Shown here one piece after another: positions 55,640 to 64,000 of a stretch of DNA of 64,000 nt. A model generated the notes under the pieces. The model was not told the DNA's origin, did no database searches, and saw nothing but the letters and a program-made list of their open reading frames with translations. The translations under genes were made by a program, and so were the position numbers. Position 1 is the first letter of the stretch, and each line of letters starts with the position of its first letter. The stretch comes from Mobula hypostoma (lineage: Eukaryota), in the NCBI RefSeq assembly GCF_963921235.1, contig NC_086108.1, forward strand, positions 66,032,001-66,096,000, written 5' to 3'.

Positions 55640-55740
55640 TCAAACAAAAATACCGGAAAAACTCCACAAGGCAGGCAGCATCTGTGGAGAGAGAAATAAA
55701 GTCAACATTTCAGGTTGATGACACTTCATCTGATCTGGAA
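55640..55740 (-). mobile_element. Old Penelope 3'-end remnant with decayed hammerhead
   Basis: Minus strand …CAGATGA AG TGTCATCAA CCT GAAA TGTT GACT followed by cagatgctgcctgcc, colinear with the younger copies. Confidence 0.55.
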
Positions 55741-56181
55741 AATTTGTAAGCTTCAAGTTATAAAGAAGAAAGGGAGAACATGCAGATAAGAAATGGAATG
55801 CTTGTGATACAGTGGCAACCAAGGCTGTCCAGTTGACATATTTGCTTTGATGCCATTAAGTGAACAAATGAATGAAGGCAATGGAGAGAGAAAAGAAATA
55901 AAAGAACATGTTGAAAGGTTTCAGTTTGGATGCATAATATCCATTATTTACCGGCCATCGAGCCTCCATGACCTAGATCAACATGTTGACATCGTACGGT
56001 GGTTTGCATACTTCAAGGACTGCATCAGATGTTGCCAACTCATGACCACCCATGTTGGAATGGCTCTGGATGAGAAGCCAGACAAAAGTTGATCCAACCC
56101 CGGCTCCCAAACAGACAGACCCATGTTTGCCCCTCCCAAACCATGCCACACAAAATGACAAACAGCATCAAAGAAATAGTA

Positions 56182-56962
56182 CAGTGGATTCCAGTTAATT
56201 GTAGCAGCCTCTTACTTGGACAACTCTTAAAGAATAAAATATAATCAAGAAAGTAGCTGGCATTCCATTTGTTTATTTGAGGCACTATGCTGCTTAACTG
56301 AGGCAGGAGACTGTTGTCAAACAGTTTCTAACAAGCATGAAACACGTGCACTTGCATGGCCTTTAGACACCACATCCTGCTTAGAGCCAACAGTTTTTAC
56401 ATAGTGTCAGTTGCATGCGATTTTGTTCAAAAAGTAGTGACTTTTGTCTCGGATAGTTGGTGGAAAATAAGTGGTAAGACAATTCTAAACTGTTTTGCTC
56501 ACTGAGGTTTCAAGCATTCAGGCTTGGAGATGCTAGAAATGGCTGGGGGTGAAAATGAAAACAATTTCACTACTTCAGCAAGTTAAGAACTCCAAAAAAG
56601 TTGAACTTATTGACAGTCATTTGAATGATAATGACAATGAAGATTTGGACGATGCAGTCATCAATAGCATTGTCTACACAAGGTGTCTGAGCTGATTTAG
56701 TTCATTTATTGTTATCAAAAGCAGCATACACTGGATGAATTTCTCCATCGATAACTATAGGGAACTAATGCACAGTTTTATTGTACTATAGTACTATTAG
56801 TGTTCTAATTTGTTCTGTATTTCATTTACATATGTAGTTCGGTACTCAGTTAAATGGCAATTTGTCTTTTTATACCTCTTTAACTATTTGTGTGAAACTT
56901 CATCTAATTAGGGTATCTGCTTAATTGGGCCAAAATATGCCCCAGTTAATTGGAATCTTCTG
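56182..56962 (+). mobile_element. Tigger/pogo-like (Tc1/mariner superfamily) non-autonomous DNA transposon
   Basis: Imperfect TIRs CAGTGGATTCCAGTTAATTG and (rev-comp) CAGAAGATTCCAATTAACTG, with TA on both flanks. Internal remnant DSWWKISGKTILNCFAH*GF resembles the pogo transposase C-terminal W…TI.NCF..GF motif. Confidence 0.75.
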
Positions 56963-58589
56963 TATATACCTTGTTTTTAATATTTTCAAAACTATCTACT
57001 TTTAGTTTTACTCTTATTGTTGACAATTGTAAGTGTAAATGGTGCTTCTACATTTGTAAGGGGTGTTGAGTATTCTTGTAAGCCTCTGCTTTCCTAAGCA
57101 GCCGAATACTCCTCTACGCTACTCTGTGCTACTAGCTACTTGTATGAAATTGAAACTAGAAGTGAACTCCCACTGTCCCTTTTTTTTACAAGTTGCTCAC
57201 ATGAGCAAGCAACAAAAGACAGTCCAAAGGGTTGAATATAACCTTACTTCACTAACATAACAAATCTATATTACTCATATGTACTGGCTTAGAAACGTTC
57301 TCCCTTGTGGACAATCCATTGCATTTAATAACCTCAGGTGAATTATCCTCTATTGCTAACATGTGGCAACATTAAAACTGCATATGTTTGGTATTTTTTC
57401 CCAAGAGGACAATCCTCCTCCTTATTTATGGCTTGATGGCCCCCAAGACTCTGCTGCTGTCTAAGGAACAGGAAGTTACACTGCACACAGCAGAACGTGA
57501 GACAGTTGCCCTCACTGAGATATCACAATATACTGATGTCACAAACCTTAATCCCGTGCTCAGTGATTACCTGATGACTCCAGTCATAATCCATCTTGAA
57601 ATGAAACTGTATTTCAAACAATCAAACATCCAGGAAACTAGCTTGTTAATGTGTTGAAACAAGTAATTTCTCTGTGGATGTCCTGGCTACCAACCATTTG
57701 TTGCTCCCTATTTTTGGCACTCCGCATTAGCATCAAGAGCCACATGGCTGAGGTAAAGCTTGGTAAATTGAAAAATTGTACAAGCATCCTGTAATCAGTC
57801 CCAACAACTTGCCATATTTCAATCTTTTGAAAGATGCCGCCTTTTCCTTAATAAACTTCTGAGGAAAGCAGCTAAAGTTGTTAACATTTTCAAGCTCATT
57901 GGCGTCAACATGTACAATGTAAATGTGTGCTTAGTGGTGCTAATTGCAAGTGAAATGCAGAAACTGCAAATAATTTTGAAAGAAAACTCTTGTTACTCCT
58001 GCTCTTTCTTGAGTTCTGCAAGGCATTAGGCTGCTGTGCCAAATCTTACATTGCCAGCTGCTACCTAAAATCTCTCACTGTGGTACTAGAAGCAAATAGA
58101 ACCACAGGATACATTTTGACTTCAATTATCCAGCTATAAAAATATATAGATGCTCAGGTTACATGAATGACCTTGAGTTTGACAAGGTTTTCAATCTTCC
58201 ATTTGGACACTTTAATAAGACTTTCAGCACTTAGGTTATTCTCAGTTAACATGCTTGAATTTCAGCCTGCTATATAGCCAGTCATTGTATAATCATCTCT
58301 CAAACTACAAACATAATTTAATTCTTATTTTATGTTTTTTTTATGATTCTTTGTTGATTTTAAAATATTTGCACTGAGATCACTCAGTTTCCCAGAATCA
58401 TCACTATCTTTGTCAATTCATTTTTAAATTTCACAGATGTTTTCAGGGTTTAGCTAGGAAAACAATCAGAAAAATAAATGAATAGTAATATTATTTCTAT
58501 TGAATTTTATTGAATTGTTCTTGCTAAAGAGCAACTTTTTCCAACATATGCCCCTCCTTCAGATTCAGGTTCATTTATTTATCACAAGT

Positions 58590-58897
58590 ACATGCTCCAC
58601 CATTGAAATGTTCCCATAACCTATGGACTCACTTTCAAGGACTCTTCATCTGATGTTTTCAATATTATTGTTGTTTATTTATTTAGTATTATTATTTCTT
58701 TCTTATTGTATTTGCAGTTTGTTGTCTTTTACACTCTGGGTGAATGCCCAAGTTGGTGGGGTCTTTCATTGATTCTGTTATGTTTATTATTCTAGTACGG
58801 ACTTATTGAATATGTCCATAAGAAAATGAATCTCAGAGTTGTATATGCTGCCATATATGTACTTTGATAATAAATTTACAATCAACTTTGAACTATG
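58590..58897 (+). mobile_element. Rex1-type 3'UTR fragment
   Basis: Matches 33150-33472. Confidence 0.7.
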
Positions 58898-59197
58898 AAC
58901 ATAGAGAGCAACATGTCATTTGTGTTAACAGCTAACACAACCTAATGATGTGCTGGGGGAAACATCAGATAATCTGCACCACCCTAAGATACATGTTTAA
59001 GAGAAAAGTAGGGAAAACATTTATATTTCCTTTCAGTGCACTTATTTGTGTCTCCCTATATCACGCACAACCCTACATGAGAAAGGGACAAGCCTGGTCG
59101 CCATTTTCAGATCTCTGATACTATCACTCAATTATTCTGCCTGTTCTACACCCCAACTCTAGTAAAATCCACAATTAGGCAAACTGCGGTTCATGAA

Positions 59198-59410
59198 TAA
59201 ACACAAGAGATTCTGCAGATGATGGAAATTCAGAATAACTCACACAAAAATAATGCTGGATTTACTCAACAAGTCAGGCAGCATCTACGGAAAGAAATAG
59301 AGTCGATATTTCAGGCCGAGAATGGTCTCAGCCCAAACATCGACTCTTTATTCATGTCCATAGATGTGGCCCGACATGTTGAGTTCCTCCAGCATTTTGT
59401 GTGTATTACT
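59198..59410. mobile_element. Old palindromic Penelope-derived element
   Basis: Two PLE 3' arms joined back-to-back at about 59320 (gagtcgatatttcaggccgaga / ggtctcagcccaaacatcgactc). Confidence 0.7.
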
Positions 59411-60488
59411 GCAATCCTTAAGTGCTATTTGAGCACTGACACTCTGTAATTTTCAGTGATGCCCTAATTCACATCTATGGATCACACATATCTATTGTGA
59501 AGGGAAATACAAAATAGACTAAAGGTTGGTGATATTACACCAATGAGTTGTCTATAAAATATTGTAGCGTGATGCATCATTCAGCACTACAGTTCAAATG
59601 TGAACAGGGCCTACAATTCAAAATGTGTCGTAGTGTTTGTCTGTGTGCTATGCTGTACAATTTAACTTCAATGACATGGAGTATGGTGGTTTCTGCTGGA
59701 AATACCAGCATTTCTCAATGTAAGTGCTAAATTCTCAGATAAGTTTAAAGACCCCAGCATGAGTGGAAGTCTCAAATTTATTGGTGGATTTCAAAAATCC
59801 AACTTTGTTTTACTGCTGTGCTCACACAGAGCCCAAAAATAAACCAAAGGTTTGCTGTGCTTCTTTAGTATTTATGTAAGGAAGTTTGCACTTGGACGTC
59901 ATGCCAGATCTGGCGTAGTGTGCACATTTCATTGGGGTTTGTAGGACTGTGGGAAAGAAAGAGAAGAATAAGGTAAGTGACACATTTTATCAATCATTTA
60001 TTTGGATTAATGATTGTAATTATTTATAAGTATTTTAAACTAATGTAAATATGGAGTTATAAGTTTTTTATATTTTAAAATGAATTCCTTCTTTTTAAAT
60101 ATTTTAAATGCTTCTGAAGGAAAGAGACATCAAAATCATTAGAAATCTTTGACTCCTTTAATGGATGGAAGAGTTCAGTAGGTTGGACCTGTTCCACCCC
60201 ATCAATTTTGCTTTATTACATTACTTGGGGTCCTGCCAGTTCTATCCAGGCCAGCAGGATTGGCTTGCCTCACTTGGTAAAGTTGAGGAAATGAAAAATA
60301 TCGGTGGTAAGTGTGGGCATCTGGGCTATTGATAAAAGTGCCATAAAAATAGATCATTACTGTGGAAACCTTCAAAACAAACAACCTTTTGATGACCACA
60401 GCATTTCAGGGTTTCCATGTTAAATTAATCAGTAAGGAAATCCCTCAGTCATGAATTAATATTTGTGGAAGTTAATAGTGGTCATTAT

Positions 60489-63400
60489 TAGAACATAGAA
60501 CAGTACAGCACATTACAGGCCCTTCGGCCCACAATGTGGTGCTGACCCTCAAACCCTGCCTCCCATATAATCCCCCACATTAAATTTCTCCATATACCTG
60601 TCTAGTAGTCTCTTAAACTTCACTAGTGTATCTGCCTCCACCACTGACTCAGGCAATGCTTTCCACGCACCAACCACTCTCTTAGTAAAAACCTTCCTCT
60701 AGTATCCCCCTTGAACTTCCCACCCCTTACCTTAAAGCCATGTCCTCTTGTATTGAGCAGTGGTGCCCTGGGGAAGAGGCACTGGTTATCCACTCTATCT
60801 ATTCTTCTTAATATCTTGTAACCTCTATCATGTCTTCTCTCATCCTCCTTCTCTCCAAAGAGTAAAGCCCTAGCTCCCTTAATCTCTGATCATAATGCAT
60901 ACTCTCTAAACCAGGCAGCATCCTGGTAAATCTCCTCTGTACCCTTTCCAATGCTTCCACATCCTTCCTGTAGTGAGGTGACCAGAACTGGACACAGTAC
61001 TCCAAGTGTGGCCTAACCAGAATTTTATACAGCTGCATCATTACATCGTGACTCTTAAACTATATCCCTTGACTTTTGAAAGCTAACACCCCATAAGCTT
61101 TCTTAACTACCCTATCTACCTGTGAGGCAACTTTCAGGGATCTGTGGACATGTACCCCCAGATCCCTCTGCTCCTCCACACTACCAAGTATCCTGCCATT
61201 TACTTTGTATTCTGCCTTGGAGTTTGTCCTTCCAAAGTGTACCACCTCACACTTCTCCAGGTTGAACTCCATCTGCCACTTCTCAGCCCACTTCTGCATT
61301 CTATCAATGTCTCTCTGCAATCTTCAACAATCCTCTACACTATCTACAACACCACCAACCTTTGTGTCGTCTGCAAACTTGCCAACCCACCCTTCTACCC
61401 CCACATCCAGGTCGTTAATAAAAATCACGAAAAGTAGAGGTCCCAGAATAGATCCTTGTAGGACACCACTAGTCACAACCCTCCAATCTGAATGTACTCC
61501 CTCCACCATGACCCTCTGCCTTCTGCAGACAAGCCAATTCTGAATCCATTTTGCCGAACTTCCCTGGATCCCATGCCTTCTGACTTTCTGAATAAGCCTA
61601 CCGTATGGAACCTTGTCAAATGCCTTACTAAAATCCACGTAGATCACATCCGCTGTACTATTCTCATCTATATGCCTGGTCACCTCCTCAAAGAACTGTA
61701 TCAGACTTGTTAGACACAATCTGCCCTTCACAAAGCCATGCTGACAGTCCCCGATCAGACCATGATTCCCTAAATGCCCATAGATCCTATCTTTAAGAAT
61801 CTTTTCCAACAGCTTTCCCACCACACATATAAGGCTCACTGGTCTATAATTATCCGGACTATCCCTGCTACCTTTTTTGAACAAGGGGACAATATTCGCC
61901 TCCCTCCAGTCCTCCGGTACCATTCCTGTGGACAATGAGGACATAAAGATCCTAGCCAGAGGCTCAGCAATCTCTTCCCTCAACTCGTGGAGCAGCCTGG
62001 GGAATATTCCAACAGGCCCCGGGGAATTATCCGTCCTGATGTATTTTAACAACTCCAACACCTCCTCTCCCTTAATATCAACATGCTCCAGAATATCAAC
62101 CTCACTCATATTGTCCTCACTGTCATCAAATTCCCTCTCATTGCTGAATACCGAAGAGAAGTATTCATTGAGGACCTCGCTCACTTCCACAGCCTCCAGG
62201 CACATATTCCCACATTTATCTCTAATTGGTCCTACCTTCACTCCTGTCATCCTTTTGTTCTTCACATAATTGAAGAATGCCTTGGGGTTTTCCTTTACCC
62301 TACTCACCAAGGCCTTCTCATGCCCCATTCTTGTTCTTCTCAGCCCCTTCTTAAGTTCCTTTCTTGCTTCCCTATATTCCTCAATAGACCCATCTGATCC
62401 TTGCTTCCTAAACCTCATGTATGCTGCCTTCTTCCACCTGACTAGATTTTCCACCTCACTTGTCACCCATGGTTCCTTCACCCTACCATTCCTTATCTTC
62501 CTCACTGGGACAAATTTATCCCTAACATCCTGCAAGAGATCTCTAAACATTGACCACATTTCCATAGTACATTTCCCTGCTAAAACATCATCCCAATTCA
62601 CACCCGCAAGTTCTAGCCTTATAGCCTCATAATTTGCCCTTCCCCAATTAAAAATTTTCCTGTCCTCTCTGATTCTATCCTTTTCCATGATAATGCTGAA
62701 GGCCAGGGAGCAGTGGTCACTGTCCCCCAGATGCTCACCCACTGAGAGATCTGTGACCTGACCCGGTTCGTTACCTAGTACTAGATCCAGTATGGCGTTC
62801 CCCCTAGCCGGCCTGTCCACATACTGTGACACTTTACGCCCTTTATTCTGCTTCTCTTTCCTCAAAGCCTCTCTATATGTTAGATCTGGCTTTACTCCAT
62901 GCACTTCTTTTACTGCTGTATCGCTTCAAGTCCCATCCCCCTTGCAAATTAGTTTAAACCCTCCCGAACCATGCTAGCAAACCTACCTGCAAGGATATTG
63001 CTCCCCCTCGAGTTCAGGTGCAACCCATCCAATCTGTACAGGTCCTACCTTCTCCAGAAGAGATCCCAATGATCCAAAAATCTAAAACCCTGCTCCCTGC
63101 ACCAACTCCTCAGCCATACATTCAACTGCCATCTCCTCCAATTCTTACCATCACTGTCACGTAGCACTGGCAGCAATCCTGAGAACGTCACCCTTGAGGT
63201 CCTGTTCTTCAGCCTTCTGCCTAGTTCCCGAAACTCACACTTCAGGACATCATCCCTCTTCCTGCCTATGTCATTGGTCCCAACATGTAGCACGCCTTCT
63301 GGTTGCTTTCCCTCTCGTACCAGGATGTCGTGCACCCCGTCAGAGACAACCCTGACTCTGTCACCCGGGAGGCAACAAACCATGCGGGTGTCCACAAAAT

Positions 63401-63755
63401 CACCCAATGACCTGCTTCCAGCAGCCTAGGTGTGACTACCTCCCTGTAGCTCTCATCTATGACTGCCTCATTTTCCCTTATGAGTCGAAGGTCATCCAGC
63501 TGCTGCTCCAGATTCCTTACACGGTCTTCCAGATTGCCCAGCCGCATGCACTTCTGGCAGATGTGACTCTGCGGGAGAGGGAGTTCCCCTAAGACAGCCA
63601 CATCTCACATGAGAGGCACATCACCGTCTCAGGAAGCATTGTAAAGACTAACTGCGAGCAAGCTTGTCCTCCGCCTCTTCTCATCGAAGCCTCTCGAGTC
63701 AAAGCCTCAAAGCTCCACTCCTTCACTGGCCCACTCACTCACTGGCCACTTTCCA
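60489..63755 (-). mobile_element. Long CR1 LINE, family E, with ORF1 and ORF2 and two internal deletions
   Basis: (TTCTATG) tail. 526-aa ORF2 segment with RT motifs (61324-62904). ORF1 esterase (CLPG, LHVGTND; 63045-63407) and Cys/coiled-coil region (63410-63601). Most of the APE domain is missing near 62830. Confidence 0.92.
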
Positions 63756-64000
63756 GTCTGTCTTATTGAAGACACTTCTGCACTCAGTTCTCAAAACAGG
63801 ACACAGATATGCTTTCATCAAAAGAAAAGTAACATTTTTTCTGAATTATGACAACCACACATTGTTTTTTACCTTTTTCCCCCTACTTTTTAGACTTAGT
63901 GATGATAACATACTCCTGGCTTTTGGAAGTCTAATGGACATATGTTATCATAAAAAAAAAAGGACATGCTAAAACCATGCAGTGGGCCAGGCAGCATCTG

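Noticed and set aside
63965..64000. Start of another PLE 3' end (gccaggcagcatctg)
   Set aside because: Cut off by the window edge and too short to call.

Overview
Vertebrate genomic DNA, most likely from an elasmobranch (shark or ray). This is inferred from the repeat content: CR1/HER1-like LINEs, a V-SINE/HE1-like SINE, Rex1/Babar and Penelope elements. The only host gene I can support is a single-exon forkhead gene, FOXE1 (about 11352-12554, + strand). It sits in a roughly 6.5 kb transposon-free, CpG-retaining but AT-rich island. The rest is a deeply nested field of retroelements: several CR1 families (two nearly full-length, one very young), Rex1/Babar LINEs, three or four Ty3/Gypsy LTR elements, a solo LTR, a Tigger-like DNA transposon and tRNA-derived SINEs. 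The most notable signal is catalytic RNA. A family of Penelope-like elements carries a 36-nt minimal hammerhead ribozyme (AGTC-CTGACGA-AGG-GTCTCGG-CCT-GAAA-CGTC-GACT). It occurs in about 700-bp GIY-YIG-coding copies and in about 155-bp non-coding inverted mini-elements with 14-bp TSDs. A separate non-coding repeat at about 5.8-6.0 kb folds on paper into an HDV-like double pseudoknot. All calls are by eye and no database search was run, so element boundaries lacking a TSD are approximate.
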